64,000 nucleotides of DNA, taken from Candidatus Enterousia sp. GTDB lineage: Bacteria > Pseudomonadota > Alphaproteobacteria > Rs-D84. Location of the stretch: positions 3,369-67,368 of the forward strand of contig JAZRLB010000007.1 of assembly GCA_045646625.1 (NCBI GenBank), read 5' to 3'. Positions 39,485-49,793 of the stretch are shown here, one piece after another (position 1 is the stretch's first letter; each line of letters starts with the position of its first letter). The notes under the pieces were generated by a model. It was given only the letters and a program-made list of their open reading frames with translations. It ran no database searches and had not been told where the DNA came from. Made by a program: the position numbers and the translations under genes.

Positions 39485-39859
39485 ATGAAAGTAGGGGCGT
39501 TTTTGTTTGTGCCTGTTGTGTTTTCTGGATTGTTTTTTATGTCTGTGGCGTCGGCGGAAATACAGCCAAAGATGGCGTCTGGTTTGCCGATTACGCAACA
39601 AGATTTTGCTGGGAATATTACGCAACAAGCCTTTGCTGGGCATAGAATTGAGGAGGATGAGAACTTTGAACATCAAATTTGGTGCCAGCGCGCAGAAAAG
39701 CTTTTGTTGCCAGAAATTATTGAAAACCCAAAGTCTGAGTCTGAGTTTAAAAGGAATATAGAGTTGTATCATAGGTTGGGAAAATGTTCGGATGAGTATA
39801 AGATTAGGGCAGGGGTTGAATCAGATATGTTGAACATTATTAGAAATTTAAAATATTAA
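39485..39859 (+). CDS. Exported hypothetical protein
   Basis: AAGGAG SD, ASA signal cleavage site. Confidence 0.65.
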   Translation: MKVGAFLFVPVVFSGLFFMSVASAEIQPKMASGLPITQQDFAGNITQQAFAGHRIEEDENFEHQIWCQRAEKLLLPEIIENPKSESEFKRNIELYHRLGKCSDEYKIRAGVESDMLNIIRNLKY

Positions 39860-39869
39860 GGAGAGGGAG

Positions 39870-40607
39870 ATGAAAGTAAATAAAAAAGTTCAAGTTATTC
39901 ATACGAGGCGTCAAAAGTTTTTTGGCTGGTTGGCCCTGGCGGCTTTGTTTGGTTGTGGAATTATGGTGGGAATGGGAATTAATGGGCGTCCTGTCACAGT
40001 TGTGTCGACAGAGCAGGTTGCGGCCCAAACGCAAAATATAAATTCGGAACCAAAGGAAACGTGTCAAATTGTTGAAGATTTATTGTTGGCACGGTTGGTC
40101 CCCATAGAAAGCCAGGATGTGCGCGATCACGAATATAATATCAGTGTTTATGAAAAACTGATTATGAATGGTTGTTCAGAAAATCAGCAAAAGTATCATA
40201 ACCTGGCCCAGCGTGAACGTGAAATTATGGCGGCACTGTCTGAGTCGGGACCTGTCGTTGAAGAAACGTGCGAACAGATTGAAGCACTGTTGTTGGAGCA
40301 AATGCCATCGGCCAATGGGAATTCTTTTGCGCGTATAGATCGGGCGAAAATCTATGCAAATTTGTCGGAACGTGGGTGTGCGGAAAACAGCGCAAAGTAT
40401 GTTGATTTGGCAAAACAAGAATTGGAAATTGCACGTGCATTGGAAGATGACGAGTTTGGTGATCGTGAAACAATCGAAATTGTTGAAACATATAAACGTC
40501 TGAATATGCAGGCGGCAGCAGAAGAGATTTTCGAAACAGCTAAGAAGTTAACAAATCCTGCAATTGACTTTATATTGGAAGTTGAAAAAATCATTAACGA
40601 ACAATAG
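39870..40607 (+). CDS. Membrane-anchored protein with two Cys-pair helical repeats
   Basis: ETC..(V/I)E.LLL...Y..L...GC.EN..KY..LA..E.EI..AL occurs twice. Confidence 0.75.
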   Translation: MKVNKKVQVIHTRRQKFFGWLALAALFGCGIMVGMGINGRPVTVVSTEQVAAQTQNINSEPKETCQIVEDLLLARLVPIESQDVRDHEYNISVYEKLIMNGCSENQQKYHNLAQREREIMAALSESGPVVEETCEQIEALLLEQMPSANGNSFARIDRAKIYANLSERGCAENSAKYVDLAKQELEIARALEDDEFGDRETIEIVETYKRLNMQAAAEEIFETAKKLTNPAIDFILEVEKIINEQ

Positions 40608-40616
40608 GTTAAAGTT

Positions 40617-41135
40617 ATGAAATTACTTTTTGCTTTAATGCTAACTTGTTTTGCGACGGGGGTCTTTGCGGATGAAGAGCAGGTGGTCGTTGAACGCGTG
40701 ACGTGCGCAGATATGTCTGCAAATATTTCTGAGTTAGCAGCAATTGAGGCGCCGACTGAAGACGAAACTGCAGAGTTGGCCGACTTAAAGGCTGAATATC
40801 GCAGAAAGTGTGTTCTGTCGGCGCGTGGGCGTCGTGCATCATCTGGGCAGTTGGTTGTGCCTCAGGATACAGATGCAGAAGCGTTTGCGGCCGAGGAAGA
40901 AAGTCAATCGGTAGAGGCAGAAGTGGCAGAGGCGGTAGAATCTGAAACAGAAGTTACTGTGGTCACAATCAGCCCAGAACAGGAATTGGCTAATTTGGAG
41001 GCCGGGCTGTGCGCAGATGGCAGTGCGCCAAATAGATTTGGTTGCTGTGGGGATGAGGTCTTTAAAGACCTGGGGGATACAGTGTTTGCGTGTTGTCCAA
41101 AGGGTGGGCAAGGTGACTGTTTTCCCCCGTTATAA
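40617..41135 (+). CDS. Exported protein with a C-terminal 6-Cys domain
   Basis: Signal peptide; C.DG.AP...GCC..EV..D....F.CCP...GDCFPP. Confidence 0.75.
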   Translation: MKLLFALMLTCFATGVFADEEQVVVERVTCADMSANISELAAIEAPTEDETAELADLKAEYRRKCVLSARGRRASSGQLVVPQDTDAEAFAAEEESQSVEAEVAEAVESETEVTVVTISPEQELANLEAGLCADGSAPNRFGCCGDEVFKDLGDTVFACCPKGGQGDCFPPL

Positions 41136-41161
41136 TTTATTTTTTATTAAAGGAATAAAAG

Positions 41162-41404
41162 ATGAAAAAGTGTATGAATTCTTGTTTGGGAATAGTTGTG
41201 GCGTTTTTGGTTGGGTTTGTCTTGGGGATGTGGGCGAACGCAAATCGTGATACCTGGGCCCCTAGTGATGTGTCAATGTGTGATGGGGGTGGGGCGCCTG
41301 ATAAAAATGGCTGTTGTCCAGGTGAGGTTTATACAGATATGAATGATTTGGGCTTTAATTGTTGTCCAGAATCGGGTGGTGATTGTTTTCCGCCAATGCG
41401 ATAA
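41162..41404 (+). CDS. Small membrane-anchored protein with the same 6-Cys domain
   Basis: CDGGGAPDKNGCCPGEVYTD....FNCCPESGGDCFPP. Confidence 0.75.
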   Translation: MKKCMNSCLGIVVAFLVGFVLGMWANANRDTWAPSDVSMCDGGGAPDKNGCCPGEVYTDMNDLGFNCCPESGGDCFPPMR

Positions 41405-41427
41405 AAAATCCCCCAAACGGGGGATTC

Positions 41428-43260
41428 CTATTCTTCAACGTGTTTTTTAAGTTTTTTACGTGTGTTGCTGTCCAGTTCGCGTTTGCGCAGGCGGATGGTG
41501 GCGGGGGTGACTTCGACCAGCTCGTCATCCAGGATATAGGACAGCGCTTCTTCTAATGAAATGCGGCGCGGTGGGGCCAGGAACAGTTTCTCGTCCGCTG
41601 TCACCGAGCGCATATTGGTTAATTCTTTTCCTTTGACCGGGTTTACTTCCAGGTCGTTTTCTTTGCTGTGTTCGCCGATAATCATACCTGAATATACTTC
41701 GGTCTGTGGGTCGATGAACAGTGTGCCACGTGGCTGTAGATTGAACAGTGCGTATGTTGCCGCGTTGCCTTTTTCCATAGATACCAGTACGCCTGGACGA
41801 TATTGTTGAATCGCACCACGATACAGGTCGTATTTATCAAATACACGGTTCATAATGCCTGTGCCGCGTGTGTCGGTGCGGAATTCAGATAGATAACCAA
41901 TCAGACCACGTGATGGAGCGGAAAATACAATGCGTGTTTTGCCGGCGCCAGATGCCTTCATTTCGGTGATGGTTGCTTTGCGTTTGGTCATTTTTTCAAT
42001 TACAACACCTGAAAATTCATCGTCAACGTCAATTACAACGTCTTCGATTGGTTCAAGGCGGTTGCCGTTTTCGTCTGTGTGCATTACAACGCGTGGACGG
42101 GAAACAGATAATTCAAAGCCTTCGCGGCGCATTGTTTCAATCAAAATACCCAACTGTAATTCGCCGCGGCCGGATACTTCGAACGCTTCGTTGTTTTCGC
42201 TTTGTTCAACACGCAGGGCAATGTTTGTTTCGGCTTCTTTGAACAATCTTTCGCCAATCATACGCGATGTTAATTTTTTGCCTGATTTGCCCGCTAAAGG
42301 TGATGTGTTCACAAAGAATGTCATTGTCAGGGTTGGTGGGTCAATTGGCATTGCAGGGATTGGTTCGGTGACGCTTGGGTCACATAGGGTGTCCGCCACG
42401 GTTGCACGTGTGAAGCCTGCAACAACAACGATGTCGCCCGCGGATGCGGTGTCGCGTGAAATCTTTTCAACGCCACGGTGTTCAATGATTTTAGTGATTT
42501 TTGCATTTTCAATGAATTCGCCATTGCGATTGATGGCCTTGACCGACTGGCCAACGCGAACGGTGCCAGATTCAATTTTTCCCGTTAGAATGCGGCCAAC
42601 ATATGGGTCGGCCTCTAACGTAGTGGCCAACATAGTAAATGGTGCGTCCAGTTGACAGCGGCTGCCGTTGCAATCGGGGGCGGGGACGTGATCAACAATT
42701 AATTGGAATAATGGGGTCAGATCTTTGCGTTCGTCATTCAAATCGCGTACAGCCCATCCGTCGCGGCCAACAGAATACAGGTATGGAAAATCTAACTGAG
42801 AATCTGTGGCGCCCAGTTTGTCAAACAAGTCAAATGTCTCAGATAAAACTTCGTCTGGACGGGCGTCGGCACGGTCAACTTTGTTGATACAAACAATCGG
42901 GCGCAGTCCCAGTTTTAATGCCTTGGATAATACAAATTTGGTCTGGGGCAGGGGACCTTCGGCGCTGTCCACCAATAATACCACGCCGTCAACCATAGAT
43001 AAAATACGTTCAACTTCGCCACCAAAGTCCGCGTGTCCAGGTGTGTCAACAATGTTAATTTTGTATTCGCCCCACTGGATAGATGTTGGTTTGGCCGAAA
43101 TTGTAATGCCGCGTTCGCGTTCAATGTCACCACTGTCCATTACGCGTTCGTCAACGCGTTCGTTTTCGCGGAATGTTCCCGCCTGCTTTAACATATTGTC
43201 AACCAATGTCGTTTTCCCGTGGTCAACGTGTGCAATAATTGCAATGTTGCGAATCTTCAT
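41428..43260 (-). CDS. typA: Translational GTPase TypA/BipA
   Basis: IAIIAHVDHGKTTLVD, ERERGITI, GRGELQL, ELVEVTP..IRLRK. Confidence 0.98.
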   Translation of the reverse strand: MKIRNIAIIAHVDHGKTTLVDNMLKQAGTFRENERVDERVMDSGDIERERGITISAKPTSIQWGEYKINIVDTPGHADFGGEVERILSMVDGVVLLVDSAEGPLPQTKFVLSKALKLGLRPIVCINKVDRADARPDEVLSETFDLFDKLGATDSQLDFPYLYSVGRDGWAVRDLNDERKDLTPLFQLIVDHVPAPDCNGSRCQLDAPFTMLATTLEADPYVGRILTGKIESGTVRVGQSVKAINRNGEFIENAKITKIIEHRGVEKISRDTASAGDIVVVAGFTRATVADTLCDPSVTEPIPAMPIDPPTLTMTFFVNTSPLAGKSGKKLTSRMIGERLFKEAETNIALRVEQSENNEAFEVSGRGELQLGILIETMRREGFELSVSRPRVVMHTDENGNRLEPIEDVVIDVDDEFSGVVIEKMTKRKATITEMKASGAGKTRIVFSAPSRGLIGYLSEFRTDTRGTGIMNRVFDKYDLYRGAIQQYRPGVLVSMEKGNAATYALFNLQPRGTLFIDPQTEVYSGMIIGEHSKENDLEVNPVKGKELTNMRSVTADEKLFLAPPRRISLEEALSYILDDELVEVTPATIRLRKRELDSNTRKKLKKHVEE

Positions 43261-43407
43261 ATGTTTGCCCCATAATTTTCTGTTTAATCGCGCAAAGGTT
43301 ACACCTTTTTATATTAATTTTCAACTTTTTTTATGTACAAATATTGACATTTGTGTAATTTTGTCTATAATTATTGGTGTAAGTTGAATAACAAAAAGGA
43401 TTTTGTA

Positions 43408-43734
43408 ATGTTGAAGTATGAATTTAGCAAGGATGGTGTGCGACTGGCCGCGCGCGATTTGGTGAATATGTTAAATGGTAATGCAAGATTAATTCGTGAA
43501 TATGAAAGGATTTTGCAGGTGCTTATCTTGGCGTCGCAACAGACGAAAAGTCGTGTAAAGAAAAAGAAATATAAAAGCGCGCACGACAGATTGTCTGAAC
43601 AAAAGATGAAAAAGGTCGGTGAAAATCGATATTTGTTTACTTGGTATTTGCCAAATGATGCAACGGTTGCACAAAATCGTGTCAAGGTTATGCGGGGACG
43701 TGCAATGTTAAAGCAGTTAGGATTGAGTAAATAA
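43408..43734 (+). CDS. Basic orphan protein
   Basis: AAGGA SD before ATG at 43408. Confidence 0.6.
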   Translation: MLKYEFSKDGVRLAARDLVNMLNGNARLIREYERILQVLILASQQTKSRVKKKKYKSAHDRLSEQKMKKVGENRYLFTWYLPNDATVAQNRVKVMRGRAMLKQLGLSK

Positions 43735-43809
43735 TACACATCGCAAAATGGTTTGTTTTTGTGACAGGTTTATGGTATTATTATATGAAGATACAAAAAG
43801 GTGTAGTGA

Positions 43810-44247
43810 ATGATTGATTATGGTGCGACGTTGCAAAAGTTTTTTGATGAAACAATTGTGTATTTACAAAAGCGATTAGACGCAGCAAAGGATGAAATTG
43901 AACAATCTCGTGTTTCTCAGGCAATGGCCCAGGTGAGTGCAGTTGCAGAAAATCCACGAAAATATGCAGATTATAATATGCGTGTAAAAGATAATTTGGT
44001 TGCAGACCCCAGACCTTTTATGCCAACAGAACATGACAATAGTGTGTTTATGATTTATCAAAAGGTTCTGTGGAAAATGGCTGATTTATATAGTCCGTAT
44101 GATCATCAAAGACAAGAGGCGCAAAAATTATTGCTGAATGCGTTAAAGCAAATGAAATACAAAAATGCAAAGAATGTGCTGAAAGATTTGTATTTTCCAT
44201 TCGTCAGTCCGGAAAAATATGCGGTCAAGACAAATAAAGCTCGGTAA
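43810..44247 (+). CDS. Orphan hypothetical protein
   Basis: 145 aa followed by a terminator. Confidence 0.65.
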   Translation: MIDYGATLQKFFDETIVYLQKRLDAAKDEIEQSRVSQAMAQVSAVAENPRKYADYNMRVKDNLVADPRPFMPTEHDNSVFMIYQKVLWKMADLYSPYDHQRQEAQKLLLNALKQMKYKNAKNVLKDLYFPFVSPEKYAVKTNKAR

Positions 44248-44323
44248 AAAATCCCCATATTGGGGATTTTTTTTGTGGGTGATGTTTGTGTTTGCGCTTG
44301 TTTTATGATAGAATATAGGTGCT

Positions 44324-46600
44324 ATGGCAGGAAAGAATTCAAGTAAGTTTTTACCAGACAGTATATCTGGGATGTTGAAAAAATTGTTGGCGCGCTTGTT
44401 TGGGGCGCTGGTGCTGATTTGTGGGGTATGGGCCGTGTGGGCTATGCTGTTCTATAATCCTTATTTGTCGGGGTTTGGTGTGGCGGGTAGTTATGGAACG
44501 CAGTCCGTTATGGGGTATATAGTTGGTTTCGTGCGATATGCGATTGGGGCGCTGCCGGGGTTGTTTGTATTTATGTGTGTTGTGCGCTGGGGCTTTATGC
44601 GGATGATTGCGCTGGTGGGCGAGGGGATGCCCGAATATAACCTTTTGCGTGGTTTTATTGCGACGTGTGTTGGGGCTGCGGCCTTTGGGTTGATTGTGCC
44701 TTCGGCTACATTTGGTGGGATGTTTGGCGCAATTGTTGCAAGTGATCTGGGGGCGATGGTTGGGCGTGGGATGTCTGTTGCGATTGGTTTGGGATGTTTG
44801 CTGGTGTTTTTCTGGATGGCGGGTGCATTGTTGCATATAAAGTGGTCGCATGTGCGTGGGGCGCTGCAAATTGCGTGGCGTACAGTTCGTGCGGTTGGGG
44901 TGGCATTCCATTTGACGGGGGCGCGCGCTGCTGTGGCAGATACGACAGAAACGCCAATCAAAGATGAAGAGCCTGTTGTGGCCAAGGAAGAACCTAAGAA
45001 GCAGCGACGTGGATTGTTAACACGGCGTGCGCCCAAAAAGGCGGTGTCGATGGCGCCTGTTGCGGTGGCTGCGACGCCAACGCGTGTGCGGGCTGAGTCT
45101 CAATATCAATTGCCAGATCCGAAATTATTAGAACGTTCTAATTTTAGCAAGTGTTCAGTGACGCCTGAGTTGAAACAAAATGCGCGGAATATGGAAACAC
45201 ACTTTGCGGAATATGGTGTGTACGGCAAAGTTGTGGGGATTAAACCGGGGCCAATTGTGACACTGTATGAATTTGAGCCCGATACAGGTATGCGAATTGC
45301 AGATATTACAAAGACTGTCAAAGATATGACGCGCGCAATGGCAACTGAAAATATTCGTATTGCCCATATCCCCAGCACCAGTTATATCGGTGTCGAAATG
45401 GTTAATGTCACACGACAGATGGTTCGGTATCGTGGCCTGATGGAGGCAGATACATTTGTCGATACGAAATACAAAATTCCTTTGGCGTTGGGGGTGAATA
45501 TCGGTGGAAATCCAATGTATTTCGATTTGGCAAAGATGCCGCATATGCTGATTGCAGGACGCACAGGTTCAGGTAAATCTGTGTTCGTGCAGTCTATTAT
45601 TACGTCGATTGTTTATCACTTTACGCCGGATAAGTGCAAGTTGATGATTATTGACCCAAAAGGTGTGGACTTTGGTTTCTGGGATGATATCCCGCATCTG
45701 ATTACGCCAATTGTAAAATTAGATCCCGCGGCGGCTGTAAACGCACTGAAATGGGCAGTGCGCGAGATGGAAGAACGGTATAAGCAACTGCAGGTGTTAA
45801 ATGCGCGTAATATTGAAAGTTATAATGAAATCGCGGCTGAAAAACGCGCGGCCGGCGAAAAAATGACCAAGCAAGTGGCGGTTGGTACAGACCCTGAAAC
45901 GGGTGAGTTGTTGTTCGAAACCCAAGAAATCGATTTGTCTGATATTCCATATATCGTTATCATTATTGACGAGGTGGCTGATTTGATGAGTTTGGCGCGT
46001 AAAGAAGTGGAAGCCTGTGTTCAGCGTATCGCACAAAAGGCACGCGCAGCGGGGATTCATTTAGTTATGGCAACGCAAAGACCAGACGCAACAACCATTA
46101 CAGGTGTTATCAAAGCGAATTTTCCAACACGTGTTTCCTTCCAGGCGCGTAGCCGTATTGACAGTGTGACCTGTCTGGGTGAAGGTGGGGCGGAACAATT
46201 GTTGGCCTGTGGTGATATGCTGTTCAGCGAGGCGGGACGTGTGCCTGTGCGAATACACGGTGCGTTTATACACGATGATGAATTAACACGTGTTGGTGAT
46301 TTCTTGCGTTCTCAGGGGACGCCTGAATATGTCGAGGGTGTGACAGATGCCGAAGGTGATGGGGCAGGGGGTGATATGGCCGGATTGCCGGGTGCGATAC
46401 CAGGGGGGGGCGCTGATAAAGAAGGCGACCTGTATGAACGTGCCAAAGAATGTGTCATTCGTGATAAAAAGCCTACGATTTCATATATTCAACGCCGTTT
46501 GGGAATTGGGTATAACAAAGCGGCTGGATTTATGGAACGTATGGAACAGGACGGAATTGTGTCCGCGCCAGATGCGAATAATAAAAGGCATATATTGTAA
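44324..46600 (+). CDS. ftsK: DNA translocase FtsK
   Basis: N-terminal TMs, PHMLIAG.TGSGKS, IDE.ADLM, ATQRP, gamma domain QRRL.IGYN.AA. Confidence 0.97.
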   Translation: MAGKNSSKFLPDSISGMLKKLLARLFGALVLICGVWAVWAMLFYNPYLSGFGVAGSYGTQSVMGYIVGFVRYAIGALPGLFVFMCVVRWGFMRMIALVGEGMPEYNLLRGFIATCVGAAAFGLIVPSATFGGMFGAIVASDLGAMVGRGMSVAIGLGCLLVFFWMAGALLHIKWSHVRGALQIAWRTVRAVGVAFHLTGARAAVADTTETPIKDEEPVVAKEEPKKQRRGLLTRRAPKKAVSMAPVAVAATPTRVRAESQYQLPDPKLLERSNFSKCSVTPELKQNARNMETHFAEYGVYGKVVGIKPGPIVTLYEFEPDTGMRIADITKTVKDMTRAMATENIRIAHIPSTSYIGVEMVNVTRQMVRYRGLMEADTFVDTKYKIPLALGVNIGGNPMYFDLAKMPHMLIAGRTGSGKSVFVQSIITSIVYHFTPDKCKLMIIDPKGVDFGFWDDIPHLITPIVKLDPAAAVNALKWAVREMEERYKQLQVLNARNIESYNEIAAEKRAAGEKMTKQVAVGTDPETGELLFETQEIDLSDIPYIVIIIDEVADLMSLARKEVEACVQRIAQKARAAGIHLVMATQRPDATTITGVIKANFPTRVSFQARSRIDSVTCLGEGGAEQLLACGDMLFSEAGRVPVRIHGAFIHDDELTRVGDFLRSQGTPEYVEGVTDAEGDGAGGDMAGLPGAIPGGGADKEGDLYERAKECVIRDKKPTISYIQRRLGIGYNKAAGFMERMEQDGIVSAPDANNKRHIL

Positions 46601-46627
46601 AAAAAAACGCCCGGTTGGGCGTTTTTT
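46601..46627. terminator. Bidirectional terminator between ftsK and mnmE
   Basis: AAAAAACGCCC-GGTT-GGGCGTTTTTT. Confidence 0.8.
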
Positions 46628-46634
46628 GTTTTGT

Positions 46635-47933
46635 TTATTTTCCTAGGCACAGTTGGCCGAATGTTTTGTCCAGAACCTCGGTCGCGGTGATGGTGCCTAA
46701 TATTTTACCAATTGCGTCGGCGGCACGGCGCGTGTGTTCGGCAAAAATGTCATAGTTGTCATCAGCACGCAGGGACGCAGCCAATTCGTCGCGGGCGGAT
46801 GTCAGTAATTCATATGTGCGTGCATTTATGGTTAATGTGTTTTCGGTGCCATCCATAATTTTGTGGATTTTGTTGCGCAGGGCGTTCAATAACGTGTCCA
46901 TTCCGCTGCCTGATTTTACAGATGTGTAAATGGCGTTTTTGTGTGGTTGTGTTGTTGTAGTGTCTGATTTGTTAATTACAACAATTTCATTGTTTGCAAA
47001 ATCGTTGTGTTCGACGGAATCCGGCGTATAGACGTGGATTATAATGTCTGCATTTTCGATTTCTGATTTAGTGCGTTCGATGCCAATTGATTCAATTGTG
47101 TCATCTGTTTCGCGCAGGCCCGCCGTGTCAGACAGGTTGACTAAAAATCCGTCCAGGTCCAGATTGATTGATATAACATCGCGTGTTGTGCCAGCAATGT
47201 CGGACACGATTGCGCGGTCGGAACCTGCCAGAAAATTAAAGATTGATGATTTGCCGACGTTTGTTTCGCCCACCAATGCAATATTTATTCCGCCACGAAT
47301 TGCGCGTGATGCGCGGTAATTGTTCAGGGCGGTGTTTATTTCGTTGTATAATTTTGTTGTGCGTTCTGTAATCGTGTCGCCGATGTTTGCGGGCAGGTCG
47401 TCTGGGCTGTAATCCAGGATTGCCGCCGCATAGGCCGATATTTCAACCATTGAATTGCGCCAAGTGTTGTAGATTTCGCTGTCGCGACCCAGCATAGAAC
47501 GCAGGGCGTGTTTGCGTTGCTGTTCGGTTTGAGCGTCCAATAATGCCGCCAGGCCATCAACGTCCGCCAAATCCATTTTATTGTTATAAAATGCACGACG
47601 TGAAAATTCCCCTGGGGTTGCCATACGCATGCCCAGGGTTTTTAAGAATTCAAATACCGCGTTAATTGTGGCCGGTGCGCCGTGTGTGTGCAGTTCAATA
47701 ATATCTGTGCCGGTAAAACTGTTCGGGGCGGAAAAATATATAGCCAGACATTGGTCCAGTAGATTGCCATTGTTGTCCGTCAGATTGCAAAAATACGCGT
47801 GGCGGGGCCGAAAATCTGTTTTTTTTGTAAAGCTGGAAAAAATATCGTGCAGATTGTCGCCCGATATGCGAATTACCGCAACGCCCGATTTTCCATGCCC
47901 AGATGATAATGCAAAAATTGTATCGTTATTCAT
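46635..47933 (-). CDS. mnmE: tRNA modification GTPase MnmE
   Basis: DTIFALSSG, SFTG.D..E.H.HG, G..NVGKSS, GTTRD, DTAGLR, C-terminal CLGK. Confidence 0.96.
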   Translation of the reverse strand: MNNDTIFALSSGHGKSGVAVIRISGDNLHDIFSSFTKKTDFRPRHAYFCNLTDNNGNLLDQCLAIYFSAPNSFTGTDIIELHTHGAPATINAVFEFLKTLGMRMATPGEFSRRAFYNNKMDLADVDGLAALLDAQTEQQRKHALRSMLGRDSEIYNTWRNSMVEISAYAAAILDYSPDDLPANIGDTITERTTKLYNEINTALNNYRASRAIRGGINIALVGETNVGKSSIFNFLAGSDRAIVSDIAGTTRDVISINLDLDGFLVNLSDTAGLRETDDTIESIGIERTKSEIENADIIIHVYTPDSVEHNDFANNEIVVINKSDTTTTQPHKNAIYTSVKSGSGMDTLLNALRNKIHKIMDGTENTLTINARTYELLTSARDELAASLRADDNYDIFAEHTRRAADAIGKILGTITATEVLDKTFGQLCLGK

Positions 47934-49146
47934 GTTGTGATGCCTGATGTTTTATTAAATCCATTTCCATTGTGCGGGCGATTTGGGATACCCGTTCAAC
48001 AATGCCGGTGGGGTTGATGATTTTTCCGCCCATGGGATGTTCAGATGCGGTTTGCTTCATAATTTCAATTAATTCATCCTGCCAATTGGGACGTGTACAA
48101 AAGATTGTGTTTCCCTGCAGGGCGCACGCAAATACACCGGCAAGGTAAGGTGCGGCAGAAGAATCACCTCCGTTTGGGTCAAATCGTAAGTCTTGGTGGT
48201 GGTCGATGTGCGACATGTTGCGTGTTGGAATGCTGATTAAGTCGGGCGTGTTTATAAAACGTCCGAATGGGGTTTGGTTTTGATTGCGATTGCTGAATTC
48301 CTCGTCGTGCCAATGAATTGTTTGATAACCACGTTTGTTTAGTATTTGTTCGACTTGGGTGCGTTGGTCAATGTCGCTTTGTTCGGTTGGGGTGGGTGAA
48401 CAATGTATTATTTGAATTCCAAGATTATGCAATTCTTGTATAAGTTCGTATACTCTTGTGATTTGTTCGGTGGTGGCGCGTTGGCCGCTGGAATTGGCGC
48501 GCAAGCCAAAACTGCATGATAAAATATGGATGTGTTCGGATGCTGGGGCGTTTTTTTGATGCTCTAGAACGCGTTCAAATGCTTCAATGTTTGAGTCAAA
48601 AAAATCTGTTTCGCGATTTTTTGAGACATTAAAATAATATAAATTGGCATCAGGGGCTGTGCCTGTATTTTTTCCGACCGCGCGACATGCCACCAATGGG
48701 CCGTGGTGTTCTGGGTTGGTGTTTGATGTATGTATTTTTGTGCTGTTAGAAATTAATTTTATTTGGTTTCGGTATTCGGGGTTTGTTGGGTCTATTTGAC
48801 CGTCTATGATTGCAATATTAATGCCGTGTCCAGTTTTTCCAGATTTGTGTAAATCTTCAACCAGTCGCGGTTTCATAGAGGTTTCAAGTAGTTGTTGTGG
48901 GTTAAAGCCGGCGGGCATTTTGTCTGGCGCGGGCCATATGACATTGTTTGTCCAGGGATGGGTTTTGTTTCCATTATAGTCGTAAAATAAATTGCCGTGT
49001 TCACGTAAATCAAGTGCAGATAAATCGTGATAGTTCAATGCATAAATTTTATTCAGTTCATCAATGGTTTTGATTTTAGTATACGGGTTTATTCGATATT
49101 TTATCGTGCGAATTGCGTCGTTAATTTTCTTGATAAAATCGACCAT
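47926..49146 (-). CDS. S8 subtilisin-like serine peptidase without a signal peptide
   Basis: G.G.NIAIID (Asp), EHHG (His), GGDSSAAPYLAG (Ser). Confidence 0.8.
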   Translation of the reverse strand: MVDFIKKINDAIRTIKYRINPYTKIKTIDELNKIYALNYHDLSALDLREHGNLFYDYNGNKTHPWTNNVIWPAPDKMPAGFNPQQLLETSMKPRLVEDLHKSGKTGHGINIAIIDGQIDPTNPEYRNQIKLISNSTKIHTSNTNPEHHGPLVACRAVGKNTGTAPDANLYYFNVSKNRETDFFDSNIEAFERVLEHQKNAPASEHIHILSCSFGLRANSSGQRATTEQITRVYELIQELHNLGIQIIHCSPTPTEQSDIDQRTQVEQILNKRGYQTIHWHDEEFSNRNQNQTPFGRFINTPDLISIPTRNMSHIDHHQDLRFDPNGGDSSAAPYLAGVFACALQGNTIFCTRPNWQDELIEIMKQTASEHPMGGKIINPTGIVERVSQIARTMEMDLIKHQASQHE

Positions 49147-49149
49147 ATA

Positions 49150-49743
49150 TTATTTTCCTTTGCTGATTTCTTTTAATGCCATGGGGACCAGTTTGGATAC
49201 GTCCGCGGTTGGGTTCTGGTTGACCAGGTTTTGTGCCATTTCAATAATATCCAGTCTGCGATAGCCCAAGGATTCCAATGCCATCAATAAATCGGGCAGG
49301 GCAGATGATGCGCCCGATGCAATGTTTGTGTCTGGGGCAAACAGGGTTGCAGATATACCGCCGACTTTGTTTTTTAATTCAACAATAATCTTTTCTGCCA
49401 TTTTTTTGCCAACACCCGGGGCGGTCGCAATCGTTTTGGCGTCGTTTGTGGCAATCGCAGACATTAATGTGTCCGAATTTATTGTGCCAAGTATGGCCAA
49501 TGCAACCTTAGGACCCACACCAGACACGGCCGTTAACATGTTAAACAGGTTTTGTCCGTTCAGGGTCGTAAAGCCGAATAAGCGTATGGAATCTTCGCGA
49601 ACAACCGTTTCAATCCACAGTGCAACCGTTGATTTGTGGGTTAGGTATTCGGCGGTATAAACCTTGTATCCGACACCATTCACCAATAAAATAACAAAAC
49701 CGTCGCCGATATAGTCAACTATGCCTTGCAATTTGCCAATCAT
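49150..49743 (-). CDS. ruvA: Holliday junction branch migration protein RuvA
   Basis: MIGKL.G, GVGY, VRED..LFGF, V.GVGPK.AL, PGVGKK.A..I..ELK, AL.SLGY. Confidence 0.96.
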   Translation of the reverse strand: MIGKLQGIVDYIGDGFVILLVNGVGYKVYTAEYLTHKSTVALWIETVVREDSIRLFGFTTLNGQNLFNMLTAVSGVGPKVALAILGTINSDTLMSAIATNDAKTIATAPGVGKKMAEKIIVELKNKVGGISATLFAPDTNIASGASSALPDLLMALESLGYRRLDIIEMAQNLVNQNPTADVSKLVPMALKEISKGK

Positions 49744-49793
49744 TTGTTATCCTTTTGGGGTAATTTTAATCTAAATAAATAAAAAGGTCAAAT

